From: an uncultured Planctomycetaceae bacterium
GTDB lineage: Bacteria > Planctomycetota > Planctomycetia > Planctomycetales > Planctomycetaceae
Length of the DNA: 64,000 nt
Direction: 5' to 3'
NCBI GenBank assembly: GCA_963813715.1
Contig: CAWFAK010000008.1
Span: 320,001 to 384,000, forward strand
Position numbers and translations under genes: made by a program. This document shows, in pieces, positions 49,758-60,492 of the stretch; position 1 is the first letter of the stretch, and each line of letters starts with the position of its first letter. The notes beneath the pieces are model-generated. The model worked only from the letters and a program-made list of their open reading frames with translations. It was not told the origin of the DNA and did no database searches.

Positions 49758-50896
49758 ATTGGATTCACGCGATCATCGCGATCGTGGTCGTGCTGGGGGG
49801 CGTGCTCACCACGTGCATGTACCTGATCTGGATCGAGCGCAAACTCTCGGCCCGGATTCAGGACCGCATCGGCCCCAACCGCGTCGGCCCGTTCGGGCTG
49901 CTGCAATCGGTGGCCGACGGCATCAAGTTCGTCCTCAAAGAGGACGTGATCCCCGCGACGGCCGACAAAACGCTGTTCATCGTCGCCCCGACGATCTCGG
50001 TCTTCACCACGATGCTGGCCTTCTCGGTCGTGCCGTTTGGTCCGCCGGCGTCGGCGCCGGGCGGATTTCCCTACGCCATCGCGCCCAATCTCGACATCGG
50101 CATTCTGTTCGTGTTCGCGGTGACCAGCCTCGCCGTGTACGGCGTGATCTTGGGGGGCTGGTCGTCGAACAACAAATACAGCGCGCTGGGCAGCCTCCGC
50201 TCGAGCGCCCAGGTCGTCAGCTACGAGATTCCGCTGGGGCTCTCGGTGCTGGGCGTGGGGCTGTTGGCCGGCTCGTTCAATCTCGAGACGGTGATCGGCG
50301 GCCAGGCGGTCGGCATTTTCCACTGGAACATCTGGTTTCAACCGCTGGCTTGGCTGATTTTCTTCGCGAGCGGTCTGGCCGAATCGAACCGTTTGCCTTT
50401 CGACCTGCCCGAGTGCGAGCAGGAGCTGGTGGGGGGCTATCACACCGAATATAGCGCGCTCAAGTTCGCAATGTTCTTTCTGGCCGAATACACCCACGTG
50501 ATCACGATCAGCTTCCTGTCGGCGATCATGTTCTTCGGCGGCTGGCATTTCCCCTGGATCGCGCGGGCCGACAGCGTTTACACCGGGGCGGTGGTCGTGA
50601 AGGTGCTGGTCCTGTTGGCCAAAGTGGGAGCCATCATCACGTTTATCATGATCATTCGCTGGACGATTCCGCGGTTTCGCTTCGATCAGTTGATGGGGCT
50701 GACTTGGAAGGTCTTCATTCCCTTGTCGCTGGCCAACCTCCTCGGGATGATGATCGTCAAACAATACGGCCTGAGCCCGTGGTGGATGCTGCCGTTCTCG
50801 GCGGCGCTGGTTGTGGTGACCACGGGCACGTCGCTCTGGATGACCCGCGGCGTTCCCGAAAACGTCGCGGCCCAATGGCGCGGCCGCCTGACCTAG
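49754..50896 (+). CDS. nuoH: NADH-quinone oxidoreductase subunit H
   Basis: RIGPNRVGP, SYE, RLPFDLPECEQEL and PRFRFDQL. Confidence 0.96.
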   Translation: MNWIHAIIAIVVVLGGVLTTCMYLIWIERKLSARIQDRIGPNRVGPFGLLQSVADGIKFVLKEDVIPATADKTLFIVAPTISVFTTMLAFSVVPFGPPASAPGGFPYAIAPNLDIGILFVFAVTSLAVYGVILGGWSSNNKYSALGSLRSSAQVVSYEIPLGLSVLGVGLLAGSFNLETVIGGQAVGIFHWNIWFQPLAWLIFFASGLAESNRLPFDLPECEQELVGGYHTEYSALKFAMFFLAEYTHVITISFLSAIMFFGGWHFPWIARADSVYTGAVVVKVLVLLAKVGAIITFIMIIRWTIPRFRFDQLMGLTWKVFIPLSLANLLGMMIVKQYGLSPWWMLPFSAALVVVTTGTSLWMTRGVPENVAAQWRGRLT

Positions 50897-50964
50897 TTGG
50901 CCGCACAAGTTCCTGTTCAATCGATCGACTTCGTTTCTTTTGACGAGCGACTGCCGGACGAATC

Positions 50965-51625
50965 ATGCCGATCAAGCCGGAAGACGTGACCTGGGTGAAG
51001 GAGCCGCAGTACGGGCTGCTGGATGCGATGTATCTGCCGGCGATCGCCGAAGGGCTGCGGACGACCGTGCAGCACCTCTTCAGGCCGGACACGATCACCG
51101 AGCAGTATCCCGAAGAAAAGCCAGACCTGCCGCTCAACTATCGCGGCGTTCACCGGCTGAACAAGGACGACGCGGGGCACGTGAAGTGCGTCGCCTGTTT
51201 CCTATGCGCGACGGCCTGCCCGGCGCGGTGCATCGAAATTGTGGGGGACAAGGCCCCGGCCGACTGGGCGGGCCGCGACAAATATCCGACGACGTTCGTG
51301 ATCGACGAGCTCAAGTGCATTTATTGCGGCATGTGCGAAGAGGCATGCCCTGTCGATGCAATCGAGCTGACGAGCATTTACGATCTCGTGGGTCACTCGC
51401 GGAAAGAGATGCTCTACGACAAGGAAAAGCTGCTGTCGGTCTACGACGAGACGATCAAGTCGGGCAAAGACCCGATTCGCACGCACTCCACTCCGCTGGG
51501 TCCGGCCTCGCAAATCGCCATTACGCATGTTCCCCGCCGGCGGCAGCGCCTCGGCGGCACACCCAGTCGGACCACTCGGCCCGCCGAGCGCACCCGAAAC
51601 TCCGCACCACGAACGTACTCCCTGA
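50965..51625 (+). CDS. nuoI: NADH-quinone oxidoreductase subunit I (probable indel ~51530)
   Basis: CVACFLCATACP and CIYCGMCEEACP. A plausible tail PAGGSASAAH...HERTP* in a shifted frame ends at TGA 51625. Confidence 0.9.
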
Positions 51626-51636
51626 ACCAATCCCCC

Positions 51637-52458
51637 ATGAATGCACTCTTCGCATGGATTGCTGAAAACCGGGCCATGCTGGTCCCGCCGGTCTTCGGCT
51701 TCCTTGCGCTCTACCTCCTCTTGCCGCGCGAGTACCGCTTCTGGCGGCCGATCGGCATCGCGTTCGGCGTGGTCGCACTGGGAGTGCTGGGATACCTGTT
51801 CAGCGTTCCGGGCACGTCGCTCGACAGCGTTTTGTTCTACCTGTTTGCGGGCTTGGCGATCATCGCCGCGGCGGCGACGGTGACATTTCCCAATCCGATT
51901 TATTCCGCCCTGTCGTTCGCGCTCGTGGTTTTGAGCGTGAGCGGCCTGTTCGTGCTCCGCGGCGCGATGTTTCTGGCCGCGACGACGGTGATCATTTACG
52001 CCGGGGCGATCGTCGTGATGTTTCTGTTCATCATCATGCTGTCGCGACATCCCGGGAACGCCCCCTATGACCGGCGGGCGCGCGAACCGTTTCTGGGTTC
52101 GCTGGCCGCCTTCCTGCTCTTGAGCGTGCTCGTGTTCACTTTGGCCGACTGGACGAAGTCGGGCATCGGGCCGTCCCACGGAGCGACGGCCAGCGAACTG
52201 GCGGCGGCCGATCCGCTCGACGTGCCGCCGCGCAGTCGGAGCGGCTTCATCCCCATTCCGAATCACGTGGATCCCTATCGCCAGAGCCACGTGCGAGTCA
52301 ACGAGCCGAGCCCTCTCCGCGGCTTGGGGCGAACGTTCTTCACCGATTACCTGTTTGTCGTCGAATTGGCGGGCACGCTGCTGTTGGTGGCAGGCGTAGG
52401 CGCGGTGGCTATCGCTCCGCGCCGCGTGCGCGCTCCGCAAAGACCACCGACCGGCTGA
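51637..52458 (+). CDS. nuoJ: NADH-quinone oxidoreductase subunit J
   Basis: NPIYSAL, IIYAGAIVVMFLF and ELAGTLLLVA, with two extra N-terminal TM helices. Confidence 0.9.
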   Translation: MNALFAWIAENRAMLVPPVFGFLALYLLLPREYRFWRPIGIAFGVVALGVLGYLFSVPGTSLDSVLFYLFAGLAIIAAAATVTFPNPIYSALSFALVVLSVSGLFVLRGAMFLAATTVIIYAGAIVVMFLFIIMLSRHPGNAPYDRRAREPFLGSLAAFLLLSVLVFTLADWTKSGIGPSHGATASELAAADPLDVPPRSRSGFIPIPNHVDPYRQSHVRVNEPSPLRGLGRTFFTDYLFVVELAGTLLLVAGVGAVAIAPRRVRAPQRPPTG

Positions 52459-52533
52459 TTGAGAATTGCGGAACCGCACCAACGGACAAGCCGACCGACA
52501 ACGACGCCAACCGGCAACTGAAACCAGCGGCTA

Positions 52534-52989
52534 ATGACATCCGACTTGCTGAGTTACCTGATCGTGGGAGCCGTGCTGTTCGCTCTGGGAGCGCTCGGCT
52601 TTCTCACGCGTCGCAATATGATTGTCGCCTTCCTGAGCGCGGAAATGATGCTCTTGGGCGTCACGCTCAATCTGGTCGCCTTCAGTTACGAGCATTCCAA
52701 CTACGAAGGACAGGCCTTCACCGCGATCGTGCTGACCGTGGCGGCGTGCGAGGCGGCCCTGGCGCTGGCCCTGATCTCCTCGCTTTATCGCTTGCGGAAG
52801 ACCTTAGACCTCTCGGCCTGGCACGACCTGGGCGAGCCCGAGCCGGAACCACTGGTCGAATCCGCCGAAGTGGAACGGCCGCTGCCCGCCCAGCACTTCC
52901 CGCGGCTCACGCCGGCCGGGCACCAACCCGAAACTGCTCCGCTCATCCAGTCGGCCACCGCCCCGTTGGAGACGTCGTCCCGTGTCTGA
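52534..52989 (+). CDS. nuoK: NADH-quinone oxidoreductase subunit K
   Basis: RRN, AEMM and VAACEAA. Confidence 0.95.
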   Translation: MTSDLLSYLIVGAVLFALGALGFLTRRNMIVAFLSAEMMLLGVTLNLVAFSYEHSNYEGQAFTAIVLTVAACEAALALALISSLYRLRKTLDLSAWHDLGEPEPEPLVESAEVERPLPAQHFPRLTPAGHQPETAPLIQSATAPLETSSRV

Positions 52990-55108
52990 CACGGCCCAAA
53001 CCGTCATCCTGTGGTTGATCCCCGGCTGCCCGCTCGCGGCGGCCGTGCTGGTCGGGCTGTTCGGCCGGTCGATCTTTCGCACGAGCTCCCACCGCGTCGT
53101 GGTATTGGCCGTGGCCGTTTCGTGTGTGTTGGCGCTCCTGCAGCTGGGCCACGTGGCGGGCATCGCCGCCCACCATGCCAAGGCCGAAGGGGAGTCGGCC
53201 GCCCGCGCGGCCCGCGTCAATGCGCCCGAATCGGTGCGAGACGCGGACGGCTTCGAGTGGGTGTCGATCGGCGACATGCACGTGGAGGTCGCGCTCCGGG
53301 TCGACGCGCTCTCGGCCGTGATGCTGGCCATGGTCACCTTCGTCAGCCTGCTGGTCACCATCTACGCCAGCGGCTACATGCACGGCGACCCGGGCTATCC
53401 GCGGTTCTTCGCCGAGATGGCGCTCTTCGTGTTTTCGATGTGCATGCTGGTGATGGCCCGCAACTTTGTGGTGCTGTTTGTCTTCTGGGAAGCCGTCGGT
53501 CTGTGCAGTTACCTGCTGGTCGGCTTCTGGTTCGAGCGCCCCTCCGCCGCGGCCGCCGCGGTGAAGGCCTTCGTGATGAACCGGATCGGCGATGCGGCGT
53601 TCCTGGTCGCCATCTACTTGATCTGGCGGACCTTCGGCAGTCTCGACTTTCAGGATGTCTTCCGCGGACGCGACGCGTTCCTCGTACCGCCCGCTCACTT
53701 CAATCTCCGCGTGCTGACGATCTGCTTGTGCCTGTTTACCGGGGCGTGCGGCAAGTCGGCTCAGTTTCCGCTGCACCTGTGGTTGCCCGACGCGATGGAG
53801 GGCCCCACCCCGGTGAGTGCCCTGATTCACGCGGCCACGATGGTCACGGCCGGCGTCTATCTGGTCGCCCGCTGCACGCCGCTGTTTGTGCTCGCTCCCG
53901 ACGCCCAGGCGATCGTGGCCTCGATCGGCGCGATTACGGCCCTGATGGCCGCGCTCATCGCGCTCACGCAGAACGACCTCAAGCGTGTGCTCGCCTACTC
54001 GACAATCAGCCAGCTCGGCTACATGTTCATGGCGCTGGGGTCGGCGGCGGCCGGCGAAACCTTCGCTCTGGCCGCGGTCACGGCCGCCATCTTCCACATG
54101 TTCACGCACGCCTTCTTCAAGGCTCTCTTGTTCCTCTCGGCCGGCAACGTGATGCACTCGATGGGGAACGTCATCGACATGCGGCAGTTCAGCGGCCTGC
54201 GGAAAGTCCTGCCCTGGACGCACTGGAGCTTCCTCTGTGGCAGCCTGGCCCTGGCCGGCTTCCCGCTCCTCTCCGGCTTCTGGAGTAAGGACGAAATCTT
54301 CGGCCTGTTGCTGAACGCCACGCACCACGGCGAGTATCCGCGGCTGTTCCAACTCGTCTTTGCCGCCGCGTTTTTGACGGCCATCCTCACAGCGTTCTAT
54401 ACGTTCCGCGCGTACTTTCTCACATTCTTCGGGCCGCTCCGCGTGCCGGCCGAGGCACTGGCTCACGGTGCTCACGGCCACCCCGCGGAGGATGGGCACG
54501 GCCACCCAACGCCGTCCGTCGCCGCGACCGGCTCGCTCGTTTTCGACAAGCACGCGCTCGCTCCTCCGATTCACGAAGGGCCGCGGGCGATGACTTGGCC
54601 CTTGGCCGTGCTGGCGACGTTCGCGCTTCTCATCGGGGCGATCGTCGGTCCCACCGGTCTCTTTGCCGGCTGGGTCGAGCTCATACCTTCGACCTTACAG
54701 CTGCAGGAAATCGGCCTGCAGTGGGGTCTGGCGCTTGCCAGTTCGCTGGCCGCAGTCGGCGGAATCGCGATTGCCTATTGGATGTATGCCCAGCCGTCCG
54801 ATCGTCCGGCAAAGGCGGCGACTGCGGCCGGGCCGTTTTATACGTTGTCGCTCAATAAGTTTTACCTCGACGAGTTGGCGACAGTGCTCGTGACCTTTCC
54901 GGTCAGTGCCATCGCCTTTATGTCGCTGCTCTTCGATCAGGGCGTGATCGATCGCCTGGTCGACGAAGTCGGCATCGTCCCGCCGGCAGTTGGCCGGTTT
55001 CTGCGTCCCGTGCAGAACGGATTGATTCAGTCTTACGCGCTGGTGATGGTCTTCGGACTGGCCATCTTCTTGACCACAGTTCTTCAAGTTTGGATGGTGC
55101 GGATGTGA
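52982..55108 (+). CDS. nuoL: NADH-quinone oxidoreductase subunit L
   Basis: [36 protein letters not shown] and THAFFKA. Confidence 0.96.
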   Translation: MSDTAQTVILWLIPGCPLAAAVLVGLFGRSIFRTSSHRVVVLAVAVSCVLALLQLGHVAGIAAHHAKAEGESAARAARVNAPESVRDADGFEWVSIGDMHVEVALRVDALSAVMLAMVTFVSLLVTIYASGYMHGDPGYPRFFAEMALFVFSMCMLVMARNFVVLFVFWEAVGLCSYLLVGFWFERPSAAAAAVKAFVMNRIGDAAFLVAIYLIWRTFGSLDFQDVFRGRDAFLVPPAHFNLRVLTICLCLFTGACGKSAQFPLHLWLPDAMEGPTPVSALIHAATMVTAGVYLVARCTPLFVLAPDAQAIVASIGAITALMAALIALTQNDLKRVLAYSTISQLGYMFMALGSAAAGETFALAAVTAAIFHMFTHAFFKALLFLSAGNVMHSMGNVIDMRQFSGLRKVLPWTHWSFLCGSLALAGFPLLSGFWSKDEIFGLLLNATHHGEYPRLFQLVFAAAFLTAILTAFYTFRAYFLTFFGPLRVPAEALAHGAHGHPAEDGHGHPTPSVAATGSLVFDKHALAPPIHEGPRAMTWPLAVLATFALLIGAIVGPTGLFAGWVELIPSTLQLQEIGLQWGLALASSLAAVGGIAIAYWMYAQPSDRPAKAATAAGPFYTLSLNKFYLDELATVLVTFPVSAIAFMSLLFDQGVIDRLVDEVGIVPPAVGRFLRPVQNGLIQSYALVMVFGLAIFLTTVLQVWMVRM

Positions 55109-56755
55109 CGCAGGCTTTCGGCGCCGCTCTCATCGCGACGGTCGTGATTCCGCTGGTTGCGGGCCTCGTGCTGCTCGTTGCCCACTGGTCGGGGCGGATC
55201 GCCCGCTGGCTGAGCCTGGCGGCAACCATCGCCACGCTGGTCTGTTCGATCGTGCTGGCCGCATCGTACGAATCGCTGCCCGCTCGCACGCCGCAAACGT
55301 CGGCCGTGCAGCCGCGGATGGAGCTTCACTACCGGTGGTTGAACTACATCCGGCAGTCGTCGGAGAAAACCAAGCCGGAGGACGTGCCTACCAATCGCGA
55401 TCCGATCGTGCACCTCGAGTTCCTGTTGGGCCTCGACGGCATCAGCCTGTCGCTCATCGTCCTGACCTCGCTGTTGACGTTTTCGGCCATGCTGATCTCC
55501 TGGTCGCCGATTCACGACCGCGAGCGGGAGTACTATGCCGCCTTGCTGATCTTGATGGGCGCGCTCAACGGCGCCTTCTGCGCGTTCGACATCGTGCTGT
55601 TCTACGTCTTCTTCGAGTTCACGCTGCTGCCCCTGTTCTTTCTGGTCGGAATTTGGGGCGGGCCGCAGCGACGCGAAGCAGCCGTCAAGTTCTTCCTGTA
55701 TACCTTCGCGGGCAGCATTATCACGCTCACCGGCGTGGCCCTGCTGGTGATTTACGCGACGAACGATCCCGAACTCCACCTTGCGTATCCGTTTTCGATT
55801 CCCGCGCTGGCCGCCGCGCTCGAGCAGCATCCTCTGTCGCTCGATTTGCAGCGTGCGCTGCTGTTGTCGATCGCCGTCGGATTTGCGGTCAAGGTCCCCT
55901 TGTTCCCGTTTCACACCTGGCTGCCTCTGGCCCACACCGAGGCGCCCACGGCCGGCAGCGTGATCCTGGCCGGCGTGCTCTTGAAGCTGGGTGCGTACGG
56001 TTTCCTGCGAATTTGCCTGCCGCTCTTCCCGGACGCGTGTGCCGAGATCGGCACGCCGCTGATCGGCCTATTGGCGGTCATCGGCGTCATTTACGGCGCC
56101 TTGTGCGCTACGCGCAGACCGATCTGAAAAAACTCGTCGCCTATAGCAGCATCAGCCACCTCGGTTTCTGCATGCTGGGGATGTTTGCCCTCAATGCCGA
56201 GGGAATCACAGGCAGCTTTTTGCAGATCATCAATCACGGCCTGTCGACCGGGGCGCTGTTCCTGCTGTCGGAATGGTTTACGAGCGCTATCACACGCGGG
56301 AAATCAGCCAACTGGGCGGTATTGCCTCGAAGCTGCCGCTGATCTCGGCCGCGATGGTGTTCACGTGCCTGGCCAGCATGGGGCTGCCCGGGCTCAACGG
56401 ATTTGTGGGCGAGTTTCTGTCGCTCGTCGGCATGTTTAAAACGAATCGCACGTTCGCCGTCGTCGGGACGCTCGGCGTGATCCTGGCCGCGCTCTACCTG
56501 CTGTCGATGCTCAGGCGGGCGTTCTTTGGTCCGGTCGGAGAGGCTCCCCACCATTATCCCCAGGTGCGCGATCTCCGCCGTGCCGAAGGCTGGGCCGTCG
56601 TGCCGCTGATGGCGCTGTGCCTGGCGATCGGCGTATATCCAAAGCCGCTGATCGACGTGGTCAAGCCCGACGTGGAAGCGATCGCCCGTTTGTACGACGG
56701 CCATCGTCCGGTGCAGCACGAGACGGCCGTGGCCCAGCGGGAGGTGCGACGCTGA
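55105..56755 (+). CDS. nuoM: NADH-quinone oxidoreductase subunit M (frameshifts ~56110 and ~56270)
   Basis: [30 protein letters not shown] and [12 protein letters not shown]. Confidence 0.94.
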
Positions 56756-58310
56756 TGCAGCCTTTTGCCCAGACTGTGCAGTGCGTGCTGCCGGAGATCG
56801 TGCTGATCGCCGCCGCCTGCCTGCAGTTGCTGATCGGCCCCTTCTGCGTGACCGAGGGGCGTCCGGTGGACCGCCGGCTGGGTCGGCTGTGGGCCGTCGT
56901 CTCTCTGGCCGCGCTCGTGGTGGCAATGCTTGTCTGGCGGGAGTCCCACGTCGGCTATACGCCACGTCTGATTCATAACGACGCGCTGGCCCTCTTCGGC
57001 CGGGGGGTGGCTTTCCTCGCCGGCATCGTGCTGGTGCTCATCAACTGGGACGAGATCGATGAAGCGATGTCGGCCGAGTTTCATGGCGTCCTGCTCTTGA
57101 TCATCGCCGGGGTGAGCCTGACGGCGGCCGCCAACGATCTGATCGTGCTGTTCTTGGCGCTCGAACTGGTGAGCATTCCGACCTATGTCTTCTTGTACCT
57201 GCCGCGGCAGCGTTCACGGGCCTGGGTCGTAACGGTTCGAAGCCGGCCGCGCCGCTTGCGCAGCGCCTGCTGTCGACAGCTCCGGAAGCGACGACTAAGT
57301 ACTTTCTGCTGAGCATCGTGTCGTCGGCCATCACGCTCTACGGGTTCAGCTTCCTGTACGGAGCGGTGGGATCGACGCACCTGGGGACGATCCAAGCGGC
57401 CTCGGTACATTTTCCCGCGGCGCAGTCGCCGTCGATTCTGTTGATCGCCGCAGCCTGCATCGTCGGCGGGCTCAGTTTCCGCGTGACGGCCGTGCCGTTT
57501 CACTTTTACGCGCCGGACGTCTTCCAGGGTTCGCACGCGGGCGCCGCGGCCATGCTGGCGTTTATCCCCAAAGCGGCCGGATTTCTGGCACTTTATCGCA
57601 TCGTCCACTTCGACATCGCCCACGTCCACACGTCGGCCGAGAGCCTGCGGGTCTGGTGCGAATCGATCTTCTGGTTGATGGCCGTCGCCAGCATGATCAT
57701 CGGCAACGTGCTGGCCCTCTTGCAGCGCGATCTCAAGCGGCTGTTGGCCTATTCCAGCGTCGCCCACGCGGGTTACATGCTGGTCGGACTGGCGGCCGGA
57801 CACGAACCCGGCACCGTCGGCGGCGTGGCGGCGCTCCTGTTTTATCTCGTCGCTTACGGGGCGACGATTACCGGCGTGTTCGGCATGCTGGTGCTGCTCC
57901 GAGCGCGGCGACCGCCCGGTCTCCACCATCGACGACCTGGCCGGCTTGAGCCAAACGCATCCGGCCGCGGCCGCCGTGCTGATGATTCTGCTCTTCAGCC
58001 TCACGGGGCTGCCGCCGACCGGAGGATTCATCGGCAAGCTCAACTTGCTGATGGCGGCCTGGTCGCAAAAGACAATCTCGGCGGAGATTCTGGCGATCGT
58101 GCTGGCGATCAACGCGGCGATCGCGGCGGCGTATTATCTGCGGATCGTCGCGGCGATGTACCTGCGGCCGGCCCCCGCCACGGGTCGTCGTCGATACCTC
58201 TCGGCAATTGCCCGCATATGTCGGCGTCGGCCTGTGCGTCGCGGTGAGCGTGGGCCTCTTTTTCTTCCCCGGGCCGCTTGTGGGACGTGGTTTCCCAGTT
58301 CTCGACCTGA
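56755..58310 (+). CDS. nuoN: NADH-quinone oxidoreductase subunit N (several frameshifts)
   Basis: LELVSIPTY, EATTKYF, AVPFHFYAPDVFQG, KRLLAYSSVAH, GLPPTGGFIGK and YYLR. The end point is approximate. Confidence 0.9.
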
Positions 58311-58491
58311 GGCGGCGACCGCTGGCGAATGCAGGGACCGCGACGATAAGCTGGCCCGTGTTCGATGTCGCTCGTCTTCCGCCTGGCACGCATTGCTGCG
58401 GACTGCACGCAGTGGTTCGGGCACTGTGCCGCCCGGACGAGCCTCCGCCCTCACTGTGACCGCTTCATTGTGACCGACTGGCTGTGACCCC

Positions 58492-59276
58492 ATGAAATCC
58501 GACCTCTCCGGCAAAATCGCGCTCGTGACGGGCGCCGCCCGCGGCATCGGGCAGGCCATCGCCGATCGCTTCGCTCAAAGCGGCGCCACCGTCTATTACA
58601 CCGACGTCGACGTGGCCGGTGCCGCCGCCTCGGCCGCTCGCTTCCCCGGCTGCGAATCGGCGCCTTCTGGACGTGACGAAATCCCAACAAGTGCAGGACC
58701 TCATCGGGCGGATCGAGCGCGACCGCGGCCGGCTCGACATCGTGATCAACAACGCGGGCGTCAACACGCTGGCCCACCGCGTCACGATCGACGAATTCCC
58801 CCGCAGCGAATGGGACCGCATCCTCGACGTCGACTTGAACGGCGTCTACGAAGTGAGCCAGGCCGCCGCCCGCGTGATGAAGCGGCAAAGGCAGCGGCCG
58901 GATCATCAACATCGCCTCGATCGCCGGGCTCGTGCCGCTGCGGCTGCAATCGGCGTTCGTCGCGGCCAAGGCGGCCGTCGTCAACCTCACGAAGTCGATG
59001 GCGCTGGAGCTCGGGCCCTCGGGCATTCTGGTCAACGGCATCGCCCCGGGCTCGACCTTGACCGAAGGCACCAAGCAACTCTTCTACGGTTCCGAGGGAA
59101 CGTTCAACGCTCGCGTGCAGGAAATGCTCGACCACGTGCCCCTGGGCCGTCCGGGCACGACCGACGAGATCGCCGTCGCCGCGCTGTTTCTGGCCGACCC
59201 CGAAAACAGCTACATGAACGGCCACATCCTGGTGGTCGACGGCGGCTGGATCGCGGGATACCACCGGCAGTTCTGA
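58492..59276 (+). CDS. SDR family oxidoreductase (frameshifts ~58665 and ~58890)
   Basis: TGAARGIG, NNAG, NIAS, VNGIAPG and VDGG. The catalytic motif reads FVAAK. Confidence 0.9.
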
Positions 59277-59468
59277 ATCATCTGCGAGCCGCAGTAACCG
59301 CAGGGGCCGGCGGTGGCGGTGCTCCTGCATCAGTTACAAGGAACGATCGTTTTGCGGACCGGGCGTGGATTATTCGTGATCATTATCAGTGGCGACTTGC
59401 AGTGGCCTGCGCAGGCTTTGGCAACATGGTCCCACCGAGTCAATGCGACGTTCGCCCGCGAGCGTGCG

Positions 59469-60464
59469 ATGCCAATCATCGAAGTCCAGTTTGACAACGA
59501 AGCCGAACTCCAAAAGTGGGTCCAGGCCAATGTATCGTTTTTCCTCAAGGACTGCTTTTTCCTGGACGGCTTTCGCATCACGACTAGCGCGGGCAAGGGG
59601 GGAGTGCCGGACGGTTTCGCCATAAACTTCAAAACTCGCGAGTGGTACATCATTGAAAGCGAGTTGCTCGCGCATGGTGTTTGGCCGCATATCGCAGAGC
59701 AGTTGACGCGATTCGTTGTCGCATCTCAAAACTCAGGTTCGGTGTGTGTTATTCGTGACAAGGCCTTCGACTTTATTTTGGAGACAGGTCGGGTCAACGA
59801 GTGCGCGGACCAGTTGAAGACGACAAAAGAACGGTTGCTTCAACAGATCGAGGTTTTTCTTGAGTCCGTCCCGCCAGGGTTCGTGATTTTCATCGATGAC
59901 ACAAATCAGGACCTCTTGGATGTAGTTCACGCGCTCGAAGCGCCGACGCAAATCTTCAGAGTGCGCAAGCTGGTCACCGACGGCAAGATCGAATACTACT
60001 CACCGGACCATCGGCCGGTTATTGACACGGAACCGGCTGCGGACCTCGATGCGGGACCGGCCATGCTCCAGACTCTGGAGCAGCTCGGCGGCGGTCAGCT
60101 GTTAGACACGACTCGCCGTTTCAAGTGCTATCAAACCACGGACGGGCACATCGTCCACATAAAGTACTCAAAACTTCATGAGCACCAGAATTACTACTGG
60201 TTCGGAATCACTCCGACGGCAATGGATTCCATTGACGAGCTCGGTGTCACGCATGTAGTGCTCATCCTCGGCTCAGCTGGATTCGTCGCCATACCGGTCA
60301 GCGTGCTCCGTGAGTATCTCAAAACCGCGAGAGTCACTAGAAATCCGGACGGCTCGGTTCGTCATTACCACCTGCTCGTCTCCCGAGAGCCGGAGCCGGA
60401 ATTGTTTTGGTCAGCTGAAACTCCGCGATACGACCTTTCCGAATGTTTCAGCCCCTTTGATTGA
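59469..60464 (+). CDS. Hypothetical protein with a PD-(D/E)XK-like (NucS-like) nuclease N-terminal domain
   Basis: EAELQ...GVPDG...YIIESE...HIAEQL arrangement, lower GC and many A/T-ending codons. Confidence 0.6.
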   Translation: MPIIEVQFDNEAELQKWVQANVSFFLKDCFFLDGFRITTSAGKGGVPDGFAINFKTREWYIIESELLAHGVWPHIAEQLTRFVVASQNSGSVCVIRDKAFDFILETGRVNECADQLKTTKERLLQQIEVFLESVPPGFVIFIDDTNQDLLDVVHALEAPTQIFRVRKLVTDGKIEYYSPDHRPVIDTEPAADLDAGPAMLQTLEQLGGGQLLDTTRRFKCYQTTDGHIVHIKYSKLHEHQNYYWFGITPTAMDSIDELGVTHVVLILGSAGFVAIPVSVLREYLKTARVTRNPDGSVRHYHLLVSREPEPELFWSAETPRYDLSECFSPFD

Positions 60465-60492
60465 TTCGGAACGGCGGACTGCCCTAGCCCAA

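Noticed and set aside
50965..52458. NuoI-NuoJ fusion protein (497-aa ORF)
   Set aside because: One extra C near 51530 explains it. The shifted frame gives a natural tail and a stop at 51625, 11 bp before the nuoJ ATG.
58383..58400. Sigma54 promoter before the SDR (TGGCACGCATTGCTGC)
   Set aside because: GG-to-GC spacing is 8 or 11, not 10. It would only hold if an indel error is present.
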